Positions 9,301 to 18,575 of a stretch of 20,000 nt of DNA are shown here, piece by piece. The position numbers were made by a program, and so were the translations under genes. Each line of letters opens with the position of its first letter. Positions within the stretch are counted from its first letter, which is position 1. The notes below the pieces were generated by a model. That model saw only the letters and a list, made by a program, of their open reading frames with translations. It was not told the origin of the DNA and made no database searches. This stretch comes from Catajapyx aquilonaris (taxonomy: Eukaryota), in NCBI GenBank assembly GCA_000934665.2, contig KZ538539.1:44150-64149 (forward strand), given 5' to 3'.

Positions 9301-12300
9301 CCAATTCCTAATATTTGTCATTAATGGCAATTACATCTTGGGAAGGGTGACTGATGTGCTGATCCAATATTAGTGATCCCTTAATCCTTAATGCTATTAC
9401 AGTTGAAGACATTGGGGGAAGAATGATCAAGGTCCACTTTTTGTCAAAAATGTGTTACATATCGCTGAAGATAGTTTCTCTAGTGTAGAATATGATGGTT
9501 TAGTCGTGGTTGTGGAGTAATGATCATAGGTCACTATGGAAGGCCATGAAAGTGGGATTTACAATGGAACCTTATGGGCCTTCGAAATGTAAAATTGGAA
9601 TATCTCAGTTTCACCTGAGGTGGACCTGGATTGTTCTTCCCCTGAGGTCTTCAGTTATTGTGAGCTTTCTTCAACTGTCTTCTTTTCTTGATGGTCAAAA
9701 TTTAGGTAGGCATGCCTTCATTTTTTGGCTTGAGTTATGCATAAAAGATTTCTCCTATGCTCCTGTAGGAATTTTAGAACACAAAATGTTAGTGTCACAG
9801 TGCAATATTGCACAAGTGTATAATAGTTAAACAGGGTGATTCTCCCGAATGGAAACCCAAACATTCCTCGATAACTTTTTAACTATGGTATGGTTCCCGA
9901 TGAAAATTGACATGTACTTACCTTGTATCATGCCAAACAAGGTCTGACTAAAGAATATACCAATAGTGGTCCCCTCCAGCATCCAAGAATTTTTAAATGT
10001 GAGTCTGCATATTGACGAAGACTCCTGTAGATTGGCGGTGGGAATGGCTAATCTCCGCCCGCCTGCCTGCTTGGCGAGAGGGCATCTCAAGGCAATGGCA
10101 CTGTTGCCTTGAGAGATAACCACACATCATAGAGCAATAGGACACTTTCATAATATAAGGTGAAGTGGGGTAAGTGCATACACGGGCCGCCATATTGGAA
10201 TGAAAATGGCTGACGACACCAAAACGCGTCCGGGGATGTTATGTGCAGCTACACAAAGAGTGCCATGCACTTACCCTGTGTATGCACTTACCCCACTTCA
10301 CCTGGTTTTTCACAAGGGATGTCCCTACCTGAAGCTTGTTGGTTGGTTGGAAGGGTTACCCAGCTTGTATGGCTCTTTCTGAGTTGAGCCTTGGCAGCCG
10401 GGGGTAGGAGAGGAAGGTGTGGGATTGCAAGGTAGGGGGTGGGTGAGAACATGTGTTGCACACCTTTACATGAATAAGGGCCTTGCATTCGGTGATAAAA
10501 CACTGATAAAACATGAAACTCGCCCCAATTGGTCTTTGGACACTACTGAACATGTCTGGAAGTGAGGCCACTATGGATGACCCCGCTGGGGGTCACTCGC
10601 AGGGTTGCCAGATATAATGGGCTCTCTAAGTAAAGTATGTGAATAGGGAGCTTGCATTCGGTGACAAAGACGTGAAACTCGGTACAATATAGTTCTTTGG
10701 ACACTTCCGAACATATCTGGACGTGGGGCCACGATGACCCACCCCGAGGGAGGGCACTATCGCGGCGTTGCCATATATAGTCGGAGCAACCTAGGCTGAC
10801 TCCATATGAATAGGGAGCTTGCATTTGGTGACAAAGCCATAAAACTTGGTACGTTAGTTCTTTGGACACTTCCGAACATATCTGGACGTGGAGCCACGAT
10901 GACCACCCCGAGGGTGGGCACTATCGCAGGGTTGCCATATCTAACAGAATGTGCAACGTGTTTATATTTGAATAATGAGCTTGCATTCGGTGACACAGTG
11001 CCCAGTGAGCTTGAGGGATCCCATCTGATCATGCCTCTGATTGGTGCTTTATGAAACATCATACATCATGGCCCTTTCTGAAAGTGGTTATGCTATACAA
11101 GGGGACTATGTAGTAACATAAAATGTCACTGTTAGCCCACCTCATGTCTTTCATGGAAAAGTTGTGTAATTTCAGAATGCCACTCGTACGTTGCCTTCAC
11201 TTATTACAAGCAACTTGGTTTCTCAGTTCTGACGAGTGCGACTTCGATGGCCCAGATGCACTCGCTGCTGCCTGCCTTAATGACCCACGTTCTCTGGCAT
11301 ACTTTCTTCACCGGTGCCGCACCACACCTCGCCAGTTGCTGAGTCATTGGACCAAGTTATTTGAGGTGGCAGCGAGCAGGCACATGGAAGTTAAGGAGCC
11401 CTACAGAAATGCAATTGCACTGCGCATGAGTACCTCTCTCAAAGTCATTTTGGCTTACGGCCAGCATGACGTAACCCGAGATGATCTGGTGGGGAGGTTT
11501 ACTGCCGGTGCGCGGGAAATGATTGCTCTGCCCATTGATGTCGATGAAGATGAGCTGCGGGAAATGAAGAGTAAGTACAGTAAAACTTCTATAAGTCGAA
11601 CTTCCCTAAGTCGAAGTTCTCTATAAGTTGAAGAAAATTATGAGCTTGGTTGTTCACAATGTAAAATTAATAGGAAATAAACTTCCCTAACTCGAATTTC
11701 TATAACTCGAAGTGCTGGCAGGGCCTTACGATGGGATATCAATGCATTTTCCGTCTCCCTAAGTCGAAATTCATGTTGGGGAGTACGGAAAATTTTCTCA
11801 TTTCCCAGCCGAAGGGTCGAGAGTAGGCCACATGTACAGAAAATCTCAATGTCCTGATCTCCACCTACCAGACGTACCGAAAGAAGTGTTTGACTTGATT
11901 GTGACAATTGAATCCTTGAATTTAAGAGTAGGCAAATGTCCATAACGGAGATTTTTTTGCAACAAAACAATGAGGAACATTGTAAGTGTGATAGTTACAG
12001 TTATATTTAAGTTTTGGACACCTTTCGTCGCTGGATATAAAGGTAGCCTAGCCTTCCTTATAGAGTTATGTGCTATAAAAAATCCAAACTTCTCTAACTC
12101 GAATCTTCTATAACTCGAAGTTTTTTTCCTGGTCCCATGGAAATTCGACTTTAGGTTTTACTGTAATTGAATATTGCTATAAATGAAGAACATTTTTAAT
12201 GCCTCAAAAAAGTACATGCTCTGTGGTCCTGTGTACTTTGGGTTTTTAACCAAACTGATTTTAAATACCCACTCTATTGCTTATTCCAACATCATGGGGT

Positions 12301-14284
12301 TAAATCTGATCCTACATCTTATTGCTTTTTTACTGTTGTCTAATCCTTCCCTTGCATTGGCTGCATTTCTAAATCCCCTAATTCCACCACTGGCAGGAAG
12401 ATGAGTTTACAGTACATGCAGTAGGCACATCGGAATGGGTAGGGCTTCAGTACCACTACCTGATTCTCTCCATGTTCCTACTAGTTTTCTTGGGTTTCTC
12501 CCATTTCTGCCCACAATCGAAATCCATCAGAAGTGCAGCAAAGTAATGAAGTAAGGTACTTAACCAAAAGGATCCCCTTATTGTTTACCTCATGATGTCC
12601 CTTAGGGGATCTATAGGGGGGTGGCACACCACCATCAGTTTTCTTATTTTTCCAGCTTCATTCTCCAGTGCAAGGAAACAGGGAAATTGGGAAAGGATAG
12701 GGATTGTTGGGGAGGGAACATGGGTGCAAGTGCAATGTCGTAGCTATGGGTCATGTGCTGTTCCCCAGGAGGTTAGTCTGCCAGACACCTCCAAGGTGCA
12801 GGTCAGAGATCCTCCCGACGCAGGCGAAAGGTAGCTCCCAGGCGGGGATAGAACCTGGGACCTTTCGCTCAGCAAGCCGAGACGTTACCATCTCGGCCAC
12901 CACACCTCCCTATTATTAATTTATTAGTGTCTTACCTAATTGGCTCAGTAACTGTTGATTGACCCATATGCTGAAAATTATACTCATCCGCTTGGATAGT
13001 ACATCACTGCATATCTCCTGAGACCCGAGAGGAATTTTTAACGCAATGTCAGTTCCTATTGCATTTTCTGAACATTTTCCCAATAAGAAACGAGAAAAAA
13101 ATGTTAGTTTTAAAATATCGACAAAAATAGTGACAAACAACCAATGAGAACATTAGGACCCAATTGCTGCTACAAAAGCAGAACGGATGAAAGCTGAAAA
13201 TTTAAATACCACTTAATGGATCACTAACATAGTGCTCTATCCTCAAAACAATGTTTTTTAAATTCATTTGTGGAATTCGTGGTAGCAATTCCTCTCAGAA
13301 GACAATTAAAGATAAATGAAATTATTTTTGAACGCCACCACTTCAGGCATGGGGCTTGCTCCTTCCCTTCTTACCCCCTAACATGGTACCTAGCTATTCT
13401 AGATTTTAAAACTGAACTGTATAATGCAAAGCACACTTCCTTATGGGTGTACAGGTACAGGCACTTAAAGAAATGCCACAGCCAATTCAGCTAAAAAATA
13501 ATAATTTCGGATGTCCATTTAAATGGGCATTTGGTCTTAGGAAGAAAAGAAAATGACCAGTTATCTACAGCAACAAAGATTGTCACAGACACACTTTTCG
13601 TACTTCCTAATACACATTCCTTGCGAATCCCAGGGCATTCACTGCATTGCGAAAATCGCACTCTAAATATGAGTAAAAAAAATAAAACTTATCAGATGAG
13701 CGCCTAGCTTCAGCAGCGGAATCCGCCATTTTCATAAGTCATTCAATTTTCGCTGCCAAAGTCAGATATTCGACACTAGGTGGCTACACCTATTGAGGCC
13801 AGATCGGCCAGATTGCAATCATGGGATACCAACAGATTACAGTTATGTTGGGATCACTAGTTGGCGCCAAAAAAATTATTTGCTGATGTCGACATATGTC
13901 GACACCAGGTCTCAGGAGGATATGACCCGCCTTAACTGCTGCTTGAGACATTATTTATTATTACTTGGTTCTGTCAGTCTTGCCAATGCCAGAACATGGT
14001 TTTTACTAATTTTTGCTCAGTTTGAATATCAATAGGCCAAAAATATTTGCTGGTACAGTACCTGCAGTGATTACTGTTGTGTTGGCTTTGTTTCAGAAGA
14101 GGTTCCCACCCTGTCCTGCCTGACCAGAGCCAGCTTGAGGGAGTTCTTTTCTCACAAACTCGGACCAGAAATGACGATCAAAGAAGCAATTTACAGTGTT
14201 GGTCTTCCGTATCTCCTCCAGGATTTTCTCATGTACAAAGACATTGATTACAAGCAGTTCCCTTCTTCATATGGGGACCGCTAA
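3400..14284 (+). CDS. Spliced gene for an ankyrin repeat and SOCS box-containing protein (ASB-like), join(3400..3676,6437..6592,7561..8091,11176..11570,14097..14284)
   Basis: Five exons joined by GT-AG introns with phases 2,2,2,1 give one uninterrupted frame (1521 nt from ATG 3426 to TAA 14284). N-terminal ankyrin repeats, C-terminal SOCS box. The 5' end is uncertain. Confidence 0.88.
3926..4204 (-). mobile_element. 5' fragment of a mariner element (TIR plus N-terminal HTH relic)
   Basis: Minus strand starts TA|CGAGGGTCGTTCGGAAAAG (mariner-type terminus). It then encodes frameshifted QRWTAWFLWKEGATAAGIHRIQ, resembling the mariner N-terminus QR.VI.FL..EG....EIH.RL. Confidence 0.7.
4286..4857. 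mobile_element. Non-autonomous DNA transposon with ~50-bp TIRs (possibly Sola-like)
   Basis: TGAAGCAGTGAGAACCAGAAGTTG (4290-4313) is inverted at 4827-4850, and similarity extends to ~50 bp. The right end reads CTC|AATT and abuts the Charlie relic. The left tip is degraded, so the superfamily is tentative. Confidence 0.7.
4858..5810 (-). mobile_element. hAT Charlie/Buster-type element relic (5' TIR plus frameshifted transposase C-terminal part)
   Basis: Terminus CAGGGGTTCCCAAA at 5810 (-). Minus-strand peptides LKLAYLCDIFKKLNVLNLSL, KISAFIKK, FAWIQDPF, LKTKF...LTEFW and YPILSAKPVRVLIPFETSYLCEDGFS match ZBED5/SCAND3/Buster-type motifs. Interrupted by a SINE. Confidence 0.85.
5304..5575 (+). 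mobile_element. tRNA-derived SINE with a Meta/Ruka-like central domain
   Basis: 15-bp TSD CAGTATGTGCATGTT at 5289-5303 and 5576-5590. A/B boxes TGGATTAGTGG and GTTCGAACCC. The core GGAGGGGAAGTAAATCCGTCGGTCCCGTGT...GCACGTTAAAGATCCC recalls MetaSINE/Ruka elements (family assigned from memory). Confidence 0.85.
5915..6338 (+). mobile_element. Full-length tRNA-derived SINE with a long (ATT)n tail
   Basis: 16-bp TSD TATATTAGCAGTGGGA at 5899-5914 and 6339-6354. A-box GTGGCGCCGCGG, B-box GGTTCAATCCC. The first ~210 bp match the copy at 16340. Confidence 0.9.
6253..6340. repeat. (ATT)n microsatellite, ~29 units (SINE tail)
   Basis: Perfect trinucleotide run lying immediately before the 3' TSD. Confidence 0.97.
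6437..6592 (+). CDS. ASB-like gene, coding exon B (ankyrin repeats)
   Basis: Acceptor TTCTCATTACAG|G, donor GA|GTAAGT. Encodes SQRNDTPLMLAVRSSAVEKADILLKEGADCN...LPLHTAIWHGNKE, in phase with exons A and C. Confidence 0.92.
7561..8091 (+). CDS. ASB-like gene, coding exon C (degenerate ankyrin repeats)
   Basis: Strong acceptor CTCTTTTTTTTCTTGCAG|G, donor AG|GTTAGT. MVKLLL completes the repeat begun in exon B. Also DTPLALLL...LLEMLLEAGAEVN and MLETLLSYGLDPD. Confidence 0.9.
8292..9274. mobile_element. Tc1/mariner-type foldback element with ~400-bp diverged inverted arms
   Basis: TA|CAGTGCTGGACATTAATGGTG ... CACCATTAATATCCAGCACTG|TA. Inverted homology can be followed from 8292 to ~8690 against 9274 to ~8885. 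Confidence 0.85.
10158..10303. mobile_element. MITE with a 26-bp perfect TIR
   Basis: AGGTGAAGTGGGGTAAGTGCATACAC at 10158-10183 is inverted at 10278-10303. No matching TSD seen. Confidence 0.75.
10470..10997. repeat. Diverged tandem repeat, ~165-bp unit, ~3.2 copies
   Basis: Anchor TTGCATT(C/T)GGTGA at 10483, 10652, 10819 and 10981 (spacing 169, 167, 162). Units share the block TCTTTGGACACT..GAACAT.TCTGGA. Confidence 0.9.
11176..11570 (+). CDS. ASB-like gene, coding exon D (helical linker region)
   Basis: Acceptor TAATTTCAG|A completes the phase-2 AG|A Arg codon from exon C. Open frame MPLVRCL...DEDELREMK. Donor A|GTAAGT (phase 1) matches exon E. Confidence 0.82.
11578..12163. mobile_element. 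pogo/Tigger-like MITE
   Basis: TA|CAGTAAAACTTCTATAAGTCGAA ... TTCGACTTTAGGTTTTACTG|TA. Repeated CT(C/A)TAA(G/C)TCGAA subterminal motifs and GGTCCC near the right end. Confidence 0.85.
12578..12910 (-). mobile_element. tRNA-derived SINE
   Basis: Minus-strand head GGGAGGTGTGGTGGCCGAGATGGTAACG...GGTTCTATCCCC (A/B boxes). The 3' end ATGGTGG..CCACCCCCCTATAGA..GGTAAA is shared with the SINE at 16340-16666. No clean TSD. Confidence 0.75.
14097..14284 (+). CDS. ASB-like gene, last coding exon (SOCS box)
   Basis: Acceptor CTTTGTTTCAG|AA. Encodes EVPTLSCLTRASLREFFSHKLGPEMTIKEAIYSVGLPYLLQDFLMYKDIDYKQFPSSYGDR*, i.e. a BC-box-like plus cullin-box-like segment. Absent from the ORF track. Confidence 0.88.
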
Positions 14285-14423
14285 ATCAGTCTATCTATGT
14301 CTCTTCAATGACATGCTGTGTTTGTGTTAAGTTATTTTTGGTGGTTTTTTTCAAGAGTGCAGGTAGATGTGCTGAGCCAATATCTACTCTTGCATGTCAC
14401 TAAGGGCCAGCTGTACAAAAGCA

Positions 14424-14429
14424 AATAAA
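14424..14429 (+). promoter_or_regulatory. Candidate polyadenylation signal of the ASB-like gene
   Basis: AATAAA 140 nt after the stop, with TGTA upstream (14412) and T/GT-rich sequence downstream. Confidence 0.55.
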
Positions 14430-15040
14430 TGTTGAAATCTCATATCACATCACTTTATGTATTGTGAATGCCTGTCCATAATTGGTGATATTTCCTTCGC
14501 TTTTGTACAACTCCCTGTCAGTTTTGCATTTCTTGCAGAGTGATATCTGTTAATTAAAGAATGATCAGTGAAGGATGTGATTTGTGATGATGTCACATGT
14601 GCATATTATGTGTACAGGTAGTCCCCGGTCTATGAACTTTCCTAAAAATGTCCATAAGTTGGATATGTACGTAACTCGGATCCCTGAGGAAGAGCTCATA
14701 TATACAGCGAAAAGATTCTGCTCCAATGAACCGCTAACATCACATTCTGTTAACATGCACGAAGAACGTAGTTTTCCAATTATTTATTTATTATGCAGTA
14801 TTTATGTTGAACTTGGTGTCGGTCAACGTATGAAGAAGTGATTAAAAGTGGAGGAATAATTATAAATTTTCCTTCCCGGGAGCCTTGGTAGCCCATTCGT
14901 AAGTACAGATCGCTCTTAAGTCGGGTTGATCGTGAACCGGGGACTACACGTTTTCAGGAGGAGAAGTATGTGTGATGTAAATAAGTTGTGTAGTGGCCTA
15001 TCTGGCCATTCTGTTGTTGATTCAAACAAGAAGTGGTGTA

Positions 15041-15429
15041 CAGTACCGTTCATAAAGAATGGTACAACTCTATATGGACGAAATGTTTATCCTGTTCTCA
15101 ACCCTTGGGTCGCCAGCATGTTTTTAGGGGTCATGAGGAAGTCCGGGAAAAGGGAATCAAAATAAAATAGCAAGAAAAGAAAAAAAACAAAGCAAAGTAG
15201 GAAAATTGTAGGAGGGAAATTCACATCAAATCTACGTAAGCATTGCACGTGGTTAAACATTTCGGTAATTAATATTTTTATTTAAAAATCGGGATAGGTC
15301 ATACAAGTCACCAGAGGTCCAGAAAAGGTTGTCCATAGGGTTTTGTCAAATTAATGTTGGGAATAATGCTGGATAATCAGGATAAACATTTCGTCTATAG
15401 AGTCGTACCATTCTTTATGAACGAGACTG
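15041..15429. mobile_element. Tc1/mariner MITE with ~55-bp TIRs
   Basis: TA|CAGTACCGTTCATAAAGAATGGTACAACTCTATA..GACGAAATGTTTATCCTG is mirrored by CAGGATAAACATTTCGTCTATAGAGTCGTACCATTCTTTATGAACGAGACTG|TA. Confidence 0.88.
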
Positions 15430-15954
15430 TACTATCGGAACAGGATTACTGTGGACACTCTTCCACAAAAAAACCAAGTGAAATTGTCCTGATAGTACAT
15501 AGCCATAAGTCAGTCAGAAATAAACCTCTGCGTGGAATAGACTGTGTGTGTTCTTTCTGAATCTGTCACTGTCTCAATACATCCCTGTCCCAATTGGTGG
15601 CAAGCGGACCCCTACATTGTGTGAGAAGGGGGATCGTCAGGACATATGCTGGAGGCAAGAGCATATGCATGATTGTGCGAGTGAATGCCTATTCAGAGGT
15701 GGTGAGTATGTTGGGGTCAAGCCTTTGAAGGAGGCAGACAGGCACAGTGGGGAACAGTGGTGCCCACGTGACTGAGGTAAGGTGGATGGATCAGGATGAG
15801 GTTCATCCTGGAAGGTGTCCATTGATGATGCAGCGTATGATTTGGCAGCCTGAGAGGTGTGTGGAGCTCATTACAGCAGCCTGGAATGGAGAGGGCTACC
15901 CAATTTGAGGCCCACCCTGCGATGCAGTCAGGCCCGTAGCCAGGAGGAGAAGTA

Positions 15955-16268
15955 TTATACATGAGGTATTACACGGACCTTCATTTTAATCGCATACATA
16001 CAATACATCCTGCTGCTGCAACGCCCTGGTCCCTGGGCATGGGGGGAAGGGGGACGTTCCCAAGGGAGGGGGCTGTTATAGTTTCTAGTCATTTCTGACC
16101 CTCTTAAAAATACCAGACCTTTTCTCTTGGCCTGGGCAGAAAAGGGAGTGTGCATCTGCCCGGACATGTTGGGTGAAAAGTGGAAAAAGACCCAACCAAG
16201 CAGAGATGACGGGGACTGGATTTGAACCCCGGACCTCCTGCTTGGCTGGCCAGTAGCATAGCCGGGTC
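15955..16268 (-). mobile_element. tRNA-derived SINE (same family as 2009-2253)
   Basis: B-box GGTTCAAATCC on the minus strand. The body GCAGATGCACACTCCCTTTTCTGCCCAGGCCAAGAGAAAAGGTCTGG...AAGGTCCGTGTAATACCTC aligns to 2009-2210. Confidence 0.8.
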
Positions 16269-16339
16269 ATTTTCATTTTTTTCGAGCATTAGCTGTGTCA
16301 ATGTAGAAAAAATAATAATATTAATAACTGTGACCAATC

Positions 16340-16666
16340 AATTAGGGAGACGGAGTGGCGCCGCTGTAACGCGCGCGCCCACGGAAGTTAAGGTCCCGGG
16401 TTCAATCCCCACCCGGGGTTCCCACCTTCTTTCGTGCAGAGTTGGGCCATCTCTGGCTTCGTTTCGGGTGGCAATTTCCGATAGACTAAGCCACCCGGGG
16501 GAGTTCACAAAATGACCAATTAACGACAGCGCACATGCACTTTGCACATCCCCTCCTACAATCCCTTGGAACATATTAAGTAATGTTTCATTACATAGTT
16601 CCCAATGGTGGTATTTCCACCCCCCTATAGACCCAACAGGTCATAACGGGGTAAATTTAAAAAAAA
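16340..16666 (+). mobile_element. Full-length tRNA-derived SINE with an A-tail
   Basis: 14-bp TSD AACTGTGACCAATC at 16326-16339 and 16667-16680. Head and body nearly identical to 5915-6128, but the 3' end differs and terminates in poly(A). Confidence 0.9.
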
Positions 16667-18070
16667 AACTGTGACCAATCCTGCAAGTAATTTTTCATTT
16701 ACGTGAAAGAGACATTTATATGTGTTCATTTGATATCAAAAACATGGATTTGAACACATTGAGTCATATGTAACTAAATTAAAAATGATGAAAAGTGTAT
16801 GGAAATGAGGTGGAGCCGATAGCAAGATTAGTCCATTGTGAATTTCATACACCTGTGTCAGTATCGGATTTTTTGAACGCATTTTTTTTTACGCTTGTTA
16901 TCATTGGATCCCCCAAAGTTTATACATAATCTGTGCAACATAGTCCTATGCCACATTTTCTGGCGAAATGAGTTAAGGCCATATATAGATCCCCAAAGAC
17001 ATGCTACAGCATCTGAGATGAAATTTTCCCGGTCCATAAACAGCTGGCGTGGGTATACGGGAAGTAGTCTTATCGGATCTGCTGTCTAGCTGCAATGCTA
17101 GGTCCCAACACAGTCCTAAGCCACACAATTTCAAAATGGCACTGCAGGGTGCATTCATGTTGAGTGAAGCATAATTAAAACCTTGTTAGTTGAATTCTTC
17201 CCTAGAGTTTCTTTTAACACTTGTACGACTTAATTCCACTTAACTTATGTTCAACCACTATACCTGTTATACGGGGTGAATTGCATGACACCATTTATCA
17301 GCGCTATTAAGTGTTTGACCTATCCATTGATAAGTACTTACGTGACATTTACGTTCGTAATTAGAGCCAAACAAATAGCTTCCCCTTTGTTTCATTTTCC
17401 TTAGTGGCATGTAGCGTCAGCACTCGAAAGAGCCGGATACTTAACCTGTAGGACTAATATATATTATTTCTGATTTTTTGGTGCACGGGTCATGTACGTA
17501 AACGCTGTGAAATAATTAATTTAAATTGGAAAACATTGACGTATTTGCACTAGTGGCTGCGGGCTGAGGGGCTAACCCCACCCCGAGCCAACAGATGGCA
17601 CGCGCGGCGGCGTCGCGCGTCGCCCGTTTTTGCCCAGAGTGTCCCATATTAGCGAAGCGCGTATATAATATTTGGTAATAGGCCCATATTAAATCGAGTT
17701 TAAAACGCAGATTAGAATGGAATGCATAGGATTGAACAGCATTTACTGCTGCATCGGTTGCGTATGTTTCCCTGATTTTAGCCCTTCTTATTGACATGCC
17801 AATTCTAGACTCTCATTTGACTAGCAAGTCGTTCCATTTTCACCAACAATATTTCCGTTGCTACGAGACCAAATTCCTTATTTGTTTTACGTATTATGTT
17901 CTAGGCACACGCAATTTTACACTCCGCGGCTATAAGGCTAATTTCCTGTGAAAATCCCCGTACCATATCATTTTGGACGACTAACCCACACTGAGACAAG
18001 AATAACGGAACACAATAAGTGACCTTACAGCGGGGTAAGTTCAGATAACTAATATGTATAGGCTATAATA

Positions 18071-18137
18071 CCGGGTGTTCCAAATGTCTGGACGCATAGG
18101 CAATATTAATGTATTGTACGTATTGTTGGTTGACAAC
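18071..18137. mobile_element. Left half of a mariner-type MITE (family of 19323-19439)
   Basis: TA|CCGGGTGTTCCAAATGTCTGGACGCATAGGCAA resembles TA|CTGGGTGACCCAAACGTCTGGACACATAGGCAA. Confidence 0.65.
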
Positions 18138-18157
18138 AAACATTCCCGCAAACGGCA

Positions 18158-18300
18158 GTGACAGCTGTGGTCTAGTGGTTTTAAACTTCAGCCATCTATC
18201 AGCTATCAGTTCGGAGTTCGATCTTCGTGCCGGGCGAGAAATTGTCTCCTCCTATGTGGATTATTCCTAGAAGTTCCTCGTAGGTCAGGAATGAGAAACT
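18158..18300 (+). mobile_element. Degraded tRNA-derived SINE head (3' limit uncertain)
   Basis: A-box TGGTCTAGTGG and B-box-like GAGTTCGATCT. Confidence 0.5.
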
Positions 18301-18501
18301 GATGGTCTGAGTAGGCAACCCACCAGTCCATGACTGCTGATGAGAACGAATGTCAATCTCTAACCAGTCCAAATGTCACGTCAATTCAGTTAGACTTACA
18401 ATGGAAGCTCCTCGAAACACATCCCATAATTATGTGGAGCCTATAATAATTAAGTAGCATCGCATCGAGGTGTTAGTATCTTACCATTTGCGTGTAGAAA
18501 C

Positions 18502-18575
18502 TAGAGACGGGACTATCGATGTATCGATATCGATATATCGATAGATCGGATATCGACGGCTCAAAATTCGATATT
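18502..18575. mobile_element. hAT-like terminus with an ATCGAT subterminal repeat cluster
   Basis: TAGAGACGGG start followed by overlapping TATCGATA motifs. The partner end was not found. Confidence 0.55.

Noticed and set aside
9600..9680. Hammerhead-like core on the minus strand (CTGAAGA-CCTCAGG...CCTCAGGT-GAAAC)
   Set aside because: A stem II-like pairing exists, but the conserved closing pair is absent and no stem I can be formed in type I or type III topology. At best a dead Penelope-type relic; an Infernal hammerhead search would settle it.
13460..13935. Possible Kolobok-like element ending TATGACCCGCC|TTAA
   Set aside because: No matching left terminus found.
15560..15950. GC-balanced block with overlapping short ORFs, possibly a degraded LINE
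   Set aside because: No diagnostic RT, endonuclease or RNase H motif could be read.
16940..17060. Possible RTE-clade LINE relic (ASEMKFSRSI)
   Set aside because: Only one short motif match, with unconvincing flanking residues.
18330..18445. CTGATGAG...CTCGAAAC hammerhead-like spacing
   Set aside because: Stem II pairs only ~2 bp, there is no NUH triplet in register, and no adjacent stem I.
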